Shown: positions 22,423 to 31,302 of the stretch, one piece after another
Layout of the letters: the number at the start of each line of letters is the position of its first letter
Numbering within the stretch: position 1 is the stretch's first letter
Source of the DNA: Desulfatiglandales bacterium
Lineage (GTDB): Bacteria > Desulfobacterota > DSM-4660 > Desulfatiglandales > Desulfatiglandaceae
Direction of reading: 5' to 3'
DNA: 64,000 nt
Assembly (NCBI GenBank): GCA_963662465.1
Contig: OY759599.1
Coordinates: forward strand, 7,616,001-7,680,000
Made by a program: the position numbers and the translations under genes
Notes under the pieces: model-generated
Databases searched by the model: none
What the model saw: the letters and a program-made list of their open reading frames with translations, nothing else
Told to the model about the DNA's origin: nothing

Positions 22423-23837
22423 TTTCTAAGCCGCCTGTGCGGCGGTCAACTTGGCGGTAATGCGAATAACGCTCTGAACACTTTTCTAAGCCGCCTGTGC
22501 GGCGGTCAACCCACATCAACCCCAAAATATGGGTCGGTATCATTTCTAAGCCGCCTGTGCGGCGGTCAACACACGCAGTCCGCACGCGGGCTCAGGATTT
22601 TGTTTCTAAGCCGCCTGTGCGGCGGTCAACAATCGCAAAGATGAGTCCTGCAGAATTGGCAATTTCTAAGCCGCCTGTGCGGCGGTCAACGACGTTCATG
22701 CCTTCGTCGGTTTCCGGTGGTGTTTCTAAGCCGCCTGTGCGGCGGTCAACAGCGACTTTGCGGCTTCGGATGTCGATGGGTTTTTCTAAGCCGCCTGTGC
22801 GGCGGTCAACTAAAACTTGAATTTGTTGGTGATCCATTATCTTTTCTAAGCCGCCTGTGCGGCGGTCAACAAAGATGCAAGACCGGGATTACAGCAACGC
22901 TGGTTTCTAAGCCGCCTGTGCGGCGGTCAACACAAGAGCAGGATGCCGTGGATTCGGTTTTACTTTCTAAGCCGCCTGTGCGGCGGTCAACAGTTGAAAC
23001 CGGCATCAACTTTGTAACCGGAATTTCTAAGCCGCCTGTGCGGCGGTCAACCAATTTCGCCAGTTCCCAAACGTAATCATACATTTCTAAGCCGCCTGTG
23101 CGGCGGTCAACCGAGATACGGGCCTGGGGCCCCTGGCCGGACCATTTCTAAGCCGCCTGTGCGGCGGTCAACAATTTGATTTTATATAGATTACAAAAGG
23201 CCCGTTTCTAAGCCGCCTGTGCGGCGGTCAACTACGCAAGTGAGCCTACAGGTCATTCATATGATTTCTAAGCCGCCTGTGCGGCGGTCAACTCCGGTGA
23301 CCTTTGCGTCCGAGTTCAGCGACTTTTCTAAGCCGCCTGTGCGGCGGTCAACTTTGAACGATGCTGTATCAGCATGTAAATATTTTTCTAAGCCGCCTGT
23401 GCGGCGGTCAACCAGATGCCGGGACTCACCCGGCCCGAACGTCATTTCTAAGCCGCCTGTGCGGCGGTCAACACATTATTGCCCCTCGCAGTATTCAAAT
23501 TCGCGCTTTCTAAGCCGCCTGTGCGGCGGTCAACTTTCTTGAGAAACAGGAACGGTTATTTCATCATTTCTAAGCCGCCTGTGCGGCGGTCAACACATGC
23601 CAAAAACACTCAGTCAATCCCATATATTTTCTAAGCCGCCTGTGCGGCGGTCAACAATTACGGAGAAGCCGACCATATTTTCAGCCTTTTCTAAGCCGCC
23701 TGTGCGGCGGTCAACCGAATATCTACGTTTCGAATAACCCGGCGGACTTTTCTAAGCCGCCTGTGCGGCGGTCAACCGAATATCTACGTTTCGAATAACC
23801 CGGCGGACTTTTCTAAGCCGCCTGTGCGGCGGTCAAC
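22423..23837 (-). CRISPR. Type I-F CRISPR array, 24 repeats / 23 spacers (32-34 bp)
   Basis: Identical 28-bp repeat GTTGACCGCCGCACAGGCGGCTTAGAAA (minus strand) with CCGCC/GGCGG stem; adjacent to cas6f. Confidence 0.99.
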
Positions 23838-23966
23838 CTGTAACATTTTTTGAAAAAACTATGCGACAACGTAAACTTAAAAGAAATTGATCCAAAAAAC
23901 CAAAAAAATCATCCCAATTGCAAATGCTTGAAAACAATATGTTTTTAGGGAAATACTATTTTTAGG
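23838..23966 (-). promoter_or_regulatory. CRISPR leader
   Basis: AT-rich non-coding segment between the cas6f stop and the first repeat. Confidence 0.75.
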
Positions 23967-24545
23967 TTAAAACAGCGGCACTGTGGTTGTATTGCTCAAC
24001 CCATAACAGGAATACAGGCCTGCTTGCGGCTGCTCCATTATCCGTCTTTCAATAAACAAACGAAACCGTTGACCGTTTGTTTGGCTGACCATATTAATAT
24101 AAGGCAAACTGCTGAGTTGTTTTTTAAAATCTTTATAATGTACCAGGGCCTGCTGCAATGTTTCCCCTTTACGTTTGGCTCGGCGCCTTGCCAGATTCTC
24201 CTTGTTGCCTTTAGGTTTGATGTGCTTGAAACAAGCGTGCCCCGCTAATTTTTCAGGCACAGGTTTGATGTGGCTTAAATAGAGATAGTCGCTGAGACGT
24301 TTAAGCCATCTTTCACAGCACATTTGCTCCAACAATTTCTCTTCTTCTGCAAACAGTTGCAGTTTTGTACCAAGAGAGTATTTGCCGGCATCGTATTCAG
24401 GAAAAGCCAAACCAATTGCGGATGCGTTATCTGCTCTTTTGTTTTCAACCAAAGCAAGGTGAATCTGTTGATAAAATTTTTGCCAAAGAAAATACAGGCC
24501 TATATCCGCATTGGGTAGCACTGATATTTCTTGATAGTAGTTCAT
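23967..24545 (-). CDS. cas6f: Cas6f (Csy4) crRNA endoribonuclease
   Basis: QQIHLALVE (catalytic His), FPEY, Arg-rich helix, YGLS...TVPLF end. Confidence 0.95.
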   Translation of the reverse strand: MNYYQEISVLPNADIGLYFLWQKFYQQIHLALVENKRADNASAIGLAFPEYDAGKYSLGTKLQLFAEEEKLLEQMCCERWLKRLSDYLYLSHIKPVPEKLAGHACFKHIKPKGNKENLARRRAKRKGETLQQALVHYKDFKKQLSSLPYINMVSQTNGQRFRLFIERRIMEQPQAGLYSCYGLSNTTTVPLF

Positions 24546-24554
24546 CCTCGCTCC

Positions 24555-25604
24555 TTATTTGTCGCTTTTGCCGAATACACCACCACGTACCAGAACAGCC
24601 ATAACGTAGTGTTCATCCTCAACGCGGTCAAGTTTCTCGCCTCGTGCGAATTTATCAAAGAAAGTGTAGAAATCTTTTTTATCTTTTGTAGGATGACGGA
24701 AAGCTTTACCAAGGTTTGTCACTGCGCCATAAGGCTCAACAGCAATAGGGCCTACTGAGTTTTCCGGATCACCAAAGTCGGGATACCAAGTATCGATAGT
24801 GCGCAATGCGTTGCCGATTTTTTGCGAGTGCATTGCGGCAATGTCGTTAACGGAATACAGGATTTTACTTTTTTTGGATTTGCTATTGCCCTTATCCAAT
24901 ACCAATTCCTCGCTGGGATAGATTTCCTGCGCTTTTCCGACTTTGGCGAAACAAGTGATTTCCAGCATCAAAAAATCATTATCACTCGATAGTGCTGCGG
25001 CAATACGCTTCGCCAATGTTTCTATTTGCTCATCATCAATATTAAAATTTTTTGTAGTGAAGTTGGCTGAATCAAATACCCAAAACTTCTCAGATCCTTT
25101 GTTTAAAGCTTCCACCTGCACTTCTATGTTCTCAGTGCCAACTCGATTACGCCATAAAAAACGTGCATTAGCGATGTTTATTGCATATCTTTTTGCTAAC
25201 TCTCTAAATTTTCTTTCACTTATATAGTTTTTTGCTGCTGCGTAGTAACTCTTGTTAAAGGCAGCGTTATTGCAGGCGGATGGATATACAACGCCCCCCA
25301 AAACCTTTAATGTGAAATGTAGCTTCAGTGTATCTTGTTCCGTCCCCAAAGCACTTACATCAACTGTCTGCAAATTAGGATTTTCCACTTTTGCATCGAG
25401 TTTTGCAGGATCTTTTTCAAATGCTGCTTGATCTTTTTTATTCGGTCTGTTTGAGATTGTTCCTCGGACTGACTTTTCAATCAGCTTCAAAGGCGTAGCT
25501 TGCTCGTTTCGCCGATCCCATGTGGTGCCATACATCCGCCCATCTGACGGCACTAATTTCTTTTCAAACGCCAGTACTGATGCGATGTTCTCTTTTTTGG
25601 CCAT
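24555..25604 (-). CDS. csy3: Cas7f (Csy3)
   Basis: SVLAFEKKL, KSVRGTISNR, ARFLWRNR, HSQKIGNALRTIDTWY, RGGVFG. Confidence 0.97.
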   Translation of the reverse strand: MAKKENIASVLAFEKKLVPSDGRMYGTTWDRRNEQATPLKLIEKSVRGTISNRPNKKDQAAFEKDPAKLDAKVENPNLQTVDVSALGTEQDTLKLHFTLKVLGGVVYPSACNNAAFNKSYYAAAKNYISERKFRELAKRYAINIANARFLWRNRVGTENIEVQVEALNKGSEKFWVFDSANFTTKNFNIDDEQIETLAKRIAAALSSDNDFLMLEITCFAKVGKAQEIYPSEELVLDKGNSKSKKSKILYSVNDIAAMHSQKIGNALRTIDTWYPDFGDPENSVGPIAVEPYGAVTNLGKAFRHPTKDKKDFYTFFDKFARGEKLDRVEDEHYVMAVLVRGGVFGKSDK

Positions 25605-25883
25605 GACTTTTTTCTCCTAAATCTTGGGCGCTAACCAAAATGGAACCAGTTTTGCTACTCCAAACGGAACCAGATATTGCGCACTGGTCTTTTCCTTTTA
25701 GAAGGGTTTTCTTGTAAATTTGTTAGAGGTTGCATGAAAGAGTATATCAGATGGTATTTTAAAAATGCTGGTGAGACACGTAGCGTTCTGGTTGAAGAAT
25801 CAGTGATGAGGATACCATCAATATGGTGATGGCAGAGAAGAGGGGATTAGATTTTTCGGTTAAGGGCAATGCTTATTGAGGAA

Positions 25884-26093
25884 CTATTTGTCTATGTCAT
25901 AGTCGTCCGGTAAATTCAGGAGGCCTCCCTTCGCCAATTGATCCTCAATCAAATATCCAATTTCCCCGTTTTTTTTCAGCTGTAGAATCATCCATTTGGG
26001 GAGACGAATGGTGAGCAGTTCACGTCTCAAATGTTCCGGTTTCTTTCTTCGGCCGGCGCCTACCCGTTTTCCACCTCTCATTTCAAGCTCCAA
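25884..26093 (-). CDS. Small putative DNA-binding protein (RGGKRxGAGR + RHH-like)
   Basis: RGGKRVGAGRRKK followed by LLTIRLPKW. Confidence 0.55.
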   Translation of the reverse strand: MELEMRGGKRVGAGRRKKPEHLRRELLTIRLPKWMILQLKKNGEIGYLIEDQLAKGGLLNLPDDYDIDK

Positions 26094-26179
26094 GACAAGG
26101 TAATTTCTGATATTCGTGTAACGAGATTCAAACAGACCGGTGATATTCAGACCTCAAAACCGGCCCTTTGGCGAACATC

Positions 26180-26899
26180 TCATTTTCTGAGGGAAGGACC
26201 ATCAATATGAATGTTGATGCAGCGATGGTTGAGACGATCCAGCAAGGCATCGACCATGTCCTTTGGTTCAAGCAGCGAATACCATTGTTCAGGTTGAAGA
26301 TTGGTCGTAATAATTGTGGACCGACCGGCTTCATAGCGATCTTTCATGAGTTTAAAAAAGGCGTTCATCTGCTCTTTTTTGAGGGTCAGGTATCCCAGTT
26401 CATCGAGCAGAAGCAGGTCATATCTGCAAAGGGCATTGAGGAGTTTCGGGGTGGACCGATCTGCCAAAGACGCATAGAGCTGATCCAGCAAATCCTGAAC
26501 ATTATAAAAACGCCCCCGGTACCCGGCAATAATGGCTTGACGAAGGATCCCCACGGCCAATCCCGTTTTGCCGACGCCGGTTTTTCCATGGAACACGATG
26601 TTTTCTCTTCGGCTGATAAAGTCAAGGCCGGACAACGTCATGATCCGGCTCTTCTGTATTCCCGGCTGAAGATCAAACGGAAAGGAGTTGAGGGTCCATT
26701 CCCATGGAAGCTTTGCAATCTGGACCCGATAGATCATGCTGCGCTCCTGCCGGAAACGTAATTCCTCAGCCAGGAGATTGTAGATGACCTCGTGAATGGA
26801 AAAACCGTTCTTTTCAGCCGAAGCCAACTGTTCTTCGAGAGCCTTCAGCATGCCTTTAAACTTCAAATCAATGAGTAACTGTTCAATTTTCTTTTTCAT
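26180..26899 (-). CDS. istB: IS21 helper AAA+ ATPase IstB
   Basis: GKTGVGKT, LLLLDELGY, TIITTN, ALLDRL, GPSLR. Confidence 0.95.
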   Translation of the reverse strand: MKKKIEQLLIDLKFKGMLKALEEQLASAEKNGFSIHEVIYNLLAEELRFRQERSMIYRVQIAKLPWEWTLNSFPFDLQPGIQKSRIMTLSGLDFISRRENIVFHGKTGVGKTGLAVGILRQAIIAGYRGRFYNVQDLLDQLYASLADRSTPKLLNALCRYDLLLLDELGYLTLKKEQMNAFFKLMKDRYEAGRSTIITTNLQPEQWYSLLEPKDMVDALLDRLNHRCINIHIDGPSLRK

Positions 26900-28278
26900 A
26901 GATCAAAAAAGTCTCCCGCGATATAATCGAGAATAATGTTTTCCAGACGCGACAAATCAAAAAGTCCATATTTAAGCGCCTGTGTTATGGCTTTCAAAAA
27001 AGGTTCCCCGGGATAAGTGCGTTTCAGATGAAGCAACCGACGTAACTTGACCACACCGCGACCGTGACTTCTTTTCTTCAGTTCAGCCACATACTCATCC
27101 AGGATGGCATCCTCTCCCGTCAACAGCTGTTCTTCTTTTGAAGGGATTCGGGGATCTTTTTTTCTTCGAATGGGAACATGGTGACCGGGCAGGGTTGTTC
27201 GGGTGTTGCGTTTATCCAGTATGCGGTCATGTTCCGCCACTTTTGTGTTTTTGTCGTAAACGATGACCTTGAGCCAATGTTTCTGTACTTCCAGGGAGTT
27301 CCCAATCAGCGCTTCAGGGACTGAATAGCGGTTGGTGTCCAAGTGCACATATCCCTGAACATCGGCTACCCTGTGTTCTGCCACATAGACTGGCGGCTGG
27401 TATGCCGGTAAATCAATGAGATATGGCTTTTCAATGACATAGGCCTCATCCGGCGTCATCCCTAAAGCCCGTTTAAACTTTTTATCGCTTGTATTCCGGC
27501 ACCAGTCGATTGCCTGCCGGTTCAAATCCTGCCAGCTAACAAATGTTCTACCGGGAAGAAAATTGTTTTCCACAAAATGAAAAGGCCTTTCCACACGGGC
27601 ACTTCGATTGGCGTCTCCTACAGCATGGGCCTCAAACCGGGTTCCATACATATCGCCGAAGTATTTCATTTCAGGCGCAATCAATGCATCAGGCCCGGTG
27701 CCGCCGGCCACAATAACATTGGTGTTGTCAACCATGCACCGGGAACACACCCCGTCCATAAACTCGAATGCTTTTTTTAGGAAAACCTTGCACTCAAACC
27801 GGGTAAAACAGGGGTAATACTGAATAAAAATCCTTCGGCAAAAGGCCAGGGTCAGGGACGCGCACTGGGTCGACATTTTTTTCCCATTAATGACAACCAG
27901 ATGGGGTGACGTATCATGCTGCATCTCCTGACCGGGTTTAAAATGGTATTGGCCCGCCCGTCTTTTTTTACGTTCCCGGATCTCGTACTTTCTCATAATC
28001 CAGGTCAGACTCTGATAAGGGATTTTGATCTGTTGGCGGCTTTCCAGTTCCTCGGCTACTCGCACGGCATTTCCTTTACATTCCTTGAAAAGCTCGCGGA
28101 TCAACGGGACATGTTCTTCATACCGGGAGTTCCTTTGGGGTACCGCCTCTTCGTCATGATCATCTAAAACCTTCGTGACGGTATTGCGACCGGCCTTCAG
28201 GGTTTTGGCGATGTCGCGCAAACTCATGCCGGTTTTTTTCAATTCCACAATGGCATCTTTTTTGGATTGTCGGATCAT
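26896..28278 (-). CDS. istA: IS21 transposase IstA
   Basis: N-terminal HTH, PGQEMQHD, VDN, ARVERPF, NRYSVP. Confidence 0.93.
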   Translation of the reverse strand: MIRQSKKDAIVELKKTGMSLRDIAKTLKAGRNTVTKVLDDHDEEAVPQRNSRYEEHVPLIRELFKECKGNAVRVAEELESRQQIKIPYQSLTWIMRKYEIRERKKRRAGQYHFKPGQEMQHDTSPHLVVINGKKMSTQCASLTLAFCRRIFIQYYPCFTRFECKVFLKKAFEFMDGVCSRCMVDNTNVIVAGGTGPDALIAPEMKYFGDMYGTRFEAHAVGDANRSARVERPFHFVENNFLPGRTFVSWQDLNRQAIDWCRNTSDKKFKRALGMTPDEAYVIEKPYLIDLPAYQPPVYVAEHRVADVQGYVHLDTNRYSVPEALIGNSLEVQKHWLKVIVYDKNTKVAEHDRILDKRNTRTTLPGHHVPIRRKKDPRIPSKEEQLLTGEDAILDEYVAELKKRSHGRGVVKLRRLLHLKRTYPGEPFLKAITQALKYGLFDLSRLENIILDYIAGDFFDL

Positions 28279-29159
28279 AATTGGGTCGCTTTCTTGAGTT
28301 CCAGTGCTTGTTTTTCTATCTTTTTCACCCAGGTTTTGAGCGTTTGTTTCTTCAACTGATCGCTTTTTGGGTAATGGACATGCGAAACGGTTTTCACCAG
28401 ACGTTTGAGAACCGCATATGCCATTTCAATATCCTTGAACCATTTGCCTTCCGGTCCATCATGAACTTCTTTGGCTTGTTTAGACTGGGTTCTTTGTTCG
28501 AGAACTTTTATGAAAAGGGATGGATTTTCCAGCATGTGGTCTCGAACAGACCGGTTGCTTTTCTGGTAATGTGCGTAGAAACGGGCCAGTTCCCTTGTGG
28601 ATAGAGGTTCTTTTTCCAGGTGGGCCAACAGTTTTTGTGCGTCTTCACCGTTGGCGCGCGCCAACGGCGCCATGACACGGCTGGCAGCCCAGGTTGAAAG
28701 TGAGCCTGCAATCACGGTTCTCAAAATATTTTCCGGCAGGGCTTCAACCAGGTCCAGCCGCCGTTTTACAAAACTCTTGTCGCGCCCTATTCGGGTTGCA
28801 ATATGGGAGAGGCTGCACCCAAAACGCCGATGTAATTCCTGAAGTAAAACAGACTGCTCAATGACTTCCCATTGCCGTTCATTGGCCTTGGTTAAAAGCG
28901 AAAACATGGCATTTTGTTCGTTTTCTTTTGAGAATTGGACACATATCCGGTCCTTTCCACAAGCACAAAGCGCTCGAACACGCAGGTAGCCATCAATCAG
29001 AATCAGTTTGTCTTTTTCTTCAATAGCCAGGGCCGGAACGATCTGCCCGTAAGTTTCGATGGAATCCCTCAATCGCTTTAAAGCCTGGTGATTCATTATC
29101 CGGCAATGAGCGTAACGCAACTCCAGCAAATGAATATCAACGGTTCGGATGGATTCCAT
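28275..29159 (-). CDS. ParB/Srx N-terminal domain + HTH protein
   Basis: SIETYGQIVP, LIDGYLRVRA (GxxRxxA), HTH SLSHIATRIGRDKSFVKRRL; 4-bp overlap with istA. Confidence 0.85.
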   Translation of the reverse strand: MESIRTVDIHLLELRYAHCRIMNHQALKRLRDSIETYGQIVPALAIEEKDKLILIDGYLRVRALCACGKDRICVQFSKENEQNAMFSLLTKANERQWEVIEQSVLLQELHRRFGCSLSHIATRIGRDKSFVKRRLDLVEALPENILRTVIAGSLSTWAASRVMAPLARANGEDAQKLLAHLEKEPLSTRELARFYAHYQKSNRSVRDHMLENPSLFIKVLEQRTQSKQAKEVHDGPEGKWFKDIEMAYAVLKRLVKTVSHVHYPKSDQLKKQTLKTWVKKIEKQALELKKATQL

Positions 29160-29556
29160 ACCCAGTCTCCCGAAAGATTTCCTCTATGGTTTCTCCAAGA
29201 CTGACCCAATTTCCTTGCCGGATCTCCTTTACCTGTTTCACAATCACAGGACGTCTGGGAAGCGAAAGAACCTGAAACAGACGGCCATCAAACCCAATCA
29301 GATCCTTGTCCAACAAGCCATCGCGGGCATCGATATATTGATCCAAATGCACCTTTAAAATCCGGCAGATTCTGTCGTAACCATAATAAGAGAGCCCGTT
29401 TTTGTCAGATACCAACACCAGAAAAATGTAGAGCAGCAGCTCATGATGATTCAGGCTCTCCCAAAAGCCGTTTCTCAAAAAACGATGCTCCAGAAAGCCG
29501 AAGCTTCCATTGATGACACGCACTCTTTCGGGAAAAAGGACTCTTTTTTTGATCAT
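29137..29556 (-). CDS. Winged-HTH-like hypothetical protein
   Basis: ELLLYIFLVLVSDKNGLSYY...RICRIL; GGAG RBS; overlaps the parB-like gene. Confidence 0.7.
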   Translation of the reverse strand: MIKKRVLFPERVRVINGSFGFLEHRFLRNGFWESLNHHELLLYIFLVLVSDKNGLSYYGYDRICRILKVHLDQYIDARDGLLDKDLIGFDGRLFQVLSLPRRPVIVKQVKEIRQGNWVSLGETIEEIFRETGYGIHPNR

Positions 29557-29568
29557 TTTTTTCTCCTG

Positions 29569-30012
29569 TCATGGATATGGGGTTTTCTCAAAGCCTGTTA
29601 CATCTGAAAAAACCCTCCCTGCATAAGCACGGCGAGGAAAATGGTCCACAACAACCCCGATCGACCCGCAAAAAAGACAGCTGGGTCGGTTCCCCGACCG
29701 CTTTTTGGGTTCAATATCACAGTCTTTTTGAGGTGTTGAACTATCATCACCAGGGTTCAGTCCATTTTTTTTGGATTTTTTTGTTTTTTCGTACAAACGA
29801 CGGCGCTCTTTCCCTTTTTTCGAATTGCGGTATTTCCCCTGAGCTTTCCGGTGCAGCTGTCTTTGGCGTATCCTGCGACATCGTTCCCCACAATAGGCCT
29901 GGCCACGCCAACACGACCGACAGACGTGAAAAAAGCAACCACAACATCGGCATTGAACCACTCTTAAAAGGACATCTCCCATCATTCCAGCCTTGCAATT
30001 GGCCGGAAACAC
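29569..30012 (-). CDS. Cys-rich basic zinc-binding hypothetical protein
   Basis: CRCCGCFFHVCRSCWRGQAYCGERC and C-terminal CLFCG; stop 12 bp before the next gene; start uncertain. Confidence 0.65.
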   Translation of the reverse strand: MFPANCKAGMMGDVLLRVVQCRCCGCFFHVCRSCWRGQAYCGERCRRIRQRQLHRKAQGKYRNSKKGKERRRLYEKTKKSKKNGLNPGDDSSTPQKDCDIEPKKRSGNRPSCLFCGSIGVVVDHFPRRAYAGRVFSDVTGFEKTPYP

Positions 30013-30061
30013 ACTTATATAAAATTGGCGTGTGTGTGGCTTCCGGCTCTATCCGGTGGTC

Positions 30062-30098
30062 AAAAAAGAAGGCCCGAAGCGGCTACTTCGGGCCTTCA
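30062..30098 (-). terminator. Rho-independent terminator-like hairpin inside the transposon end
   Basis: Minus strand gaaggcccgaag-tagccg-cttcgggccttc followed by tttttt. Confidence 0.65.
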
Positions 30099-30360
30099 CC
30101 ATCCATTCTACAAAGTAAATCGCATTTCCACTTAACCAAGCCTCTGTCTTGGAAGAAGAAAACCAAATCCAAAGAAAATAGATTTTATAAAAATTTATTG
30201 AAAAGTAAATCTACATCAACGACTCCTTTGCCGCCACTTATGGATCCCTCATCGTCCGCTATACCTGAGGGCCGTACTCACCGGCGGTGACAGCCAATGG
30301 TTCAATTTCCATTAGCAAACTTGGTTCAGTTTTGATTAGCGTTGAAGCCTAAATTTATTA

Positions 30361-31302
30361 TTATTGGTTTAAGTCGCTTTGACTGGTTTGTTGACACAGG
30401 TATAGACCCTGTTCCATATCAGCATGATAGCGCCAAAAGATTTCATCCAGGGTATGGAGTCTGTGCGGCATACGGAATTCACCCAGCGTTACCACACTTT
30501 CGGCAAAACGATGCTGCGTATCCGGATCACGCTGGTTTTTTGCCGACCCTAATTCGGTGATGCCATGAAAGCCCGTGGCGATTGGAACGATCCATCCCGA
30601 TGTTTTTCGTTGGCTTGCCCAAGTAACATTGCCGTCATCGTCTTGTTCACAAGTGTGATGAAGCGCCAGATAATCCAGCATGGTATCAATGGGGTCCTGG
30701 CCTTGCGCCATGGCCTCTATCATCAATTCACGGCGTTCGATTATTGCATAACCCGGCATTAATTGCCGAGTCAGCCTGTGCAGTTCGGCGTCGTTACCTT
30801 CTTCTATTCTGTGCAGTGTCGGTTTTTGAAAAGATAAAATATCGCCACCGGCTATTTTCATGGATACATTTAGATGATGGGTAACCTGCCCTATTAATGC
30901 CTCTTCATCGTCTTTGTTTATGCGGGAGTATTCAATAAGTAGAGAAACATTCAAATGGCATCGGGCTTCCTCGATAAATGATGGCGCTGAGCCGGCATTA
31001 AAATCGGTAAGCTCTTTCTTAGTTGAAGGTGGACGCTTTGGAACAATTATGGACTGAACAAAATCGCCATCTACAAATTTTGTTTGAAGGTCCATACCAT
31101 GGCTAACAACCGCCACACTGCTAAAAATCAGGTTTTGCAATCCTTCTGATCCTGCGGCGTTCACTTTACGCTGCAACGCATGCATTGCGCCCAACCAGGC
31201 CGTCATAGCTGGAAAACCAACCGTAAACGGGCTGGATAAGGCATTGGCATTCTGCACCTTGATATGCGGCAAAAGTAAAACTCGCCTGATATCTCCGATC
31301 AT
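30361..31302 (-). CDS. csy2: Cas5f (Csy2)
   Basis: IKVQNANALSSPFTVGFPAMTAWLG, KIAGG, GWIVPIATG, HRFAESV. Confidence 0.95.
   Translation of the reverse strand: MIGDIRRVLLLPHIKVQNANALSSPFTVGFPAMTAWLGAMHALQRKVNAAGSEGLQNLIFSSVAVVSHGMDLQTKFVDGDFVQSIIVPKRPPSTKKELTDFNAGSAPSFIEEARCHLNVSLLIEYSRINKDDEEALIGQVTHHLNVSMKIAGGDILSFQKPTLHRIEEGNDAELHRLTRQLMPGYAIIERRELMIEAMAQGQDPIDTMLDYLALHHTCEQDDDGNVTWASQRKTSGWIVPIATGFHGITELGSAKNQRDPDTQHRFAESVVTLGEFRMPHRLHTLDEIFWRYHADMEQGLYLCQQTSQSDLNQ

Larger units (their letters stand above)
25623..30347 (-). mobile_element. Expanded IS21-family transposon (4725 bp) with ParB, wHTH and Cys-rich genes
   Basis: Imperfect multi-repeat ends (cttgggcgctaaccaaaatggaacca / tggttcagttttgattagcgttgaag); 7-bp direct repeat CCTAAAT at 25616-25622 and 30348-30354; istA-istB inside. 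Confidence 0.9.

Noticed and set aside
22379..23542. ORFs with repeating VDRRTGGLE / SKPPVRRST peptides
   Set aside because: Translations of the CRISPR repeat (60-bp period), not proteins
22451..23809. Spacers self-targeting sequences in this window
   Set aside because: No match noticed by eye; not exhaustive, needs a BLASTN-short search
22423..30347. CRISPR-associated transposon (CAST) interpretation of I-F genes next to IstAB
   Set aside because: The transposon ends and TSD exclude all cas genes and the array; cas1 and cas2-3 are present; no TniQ. It is an insertion into the operon
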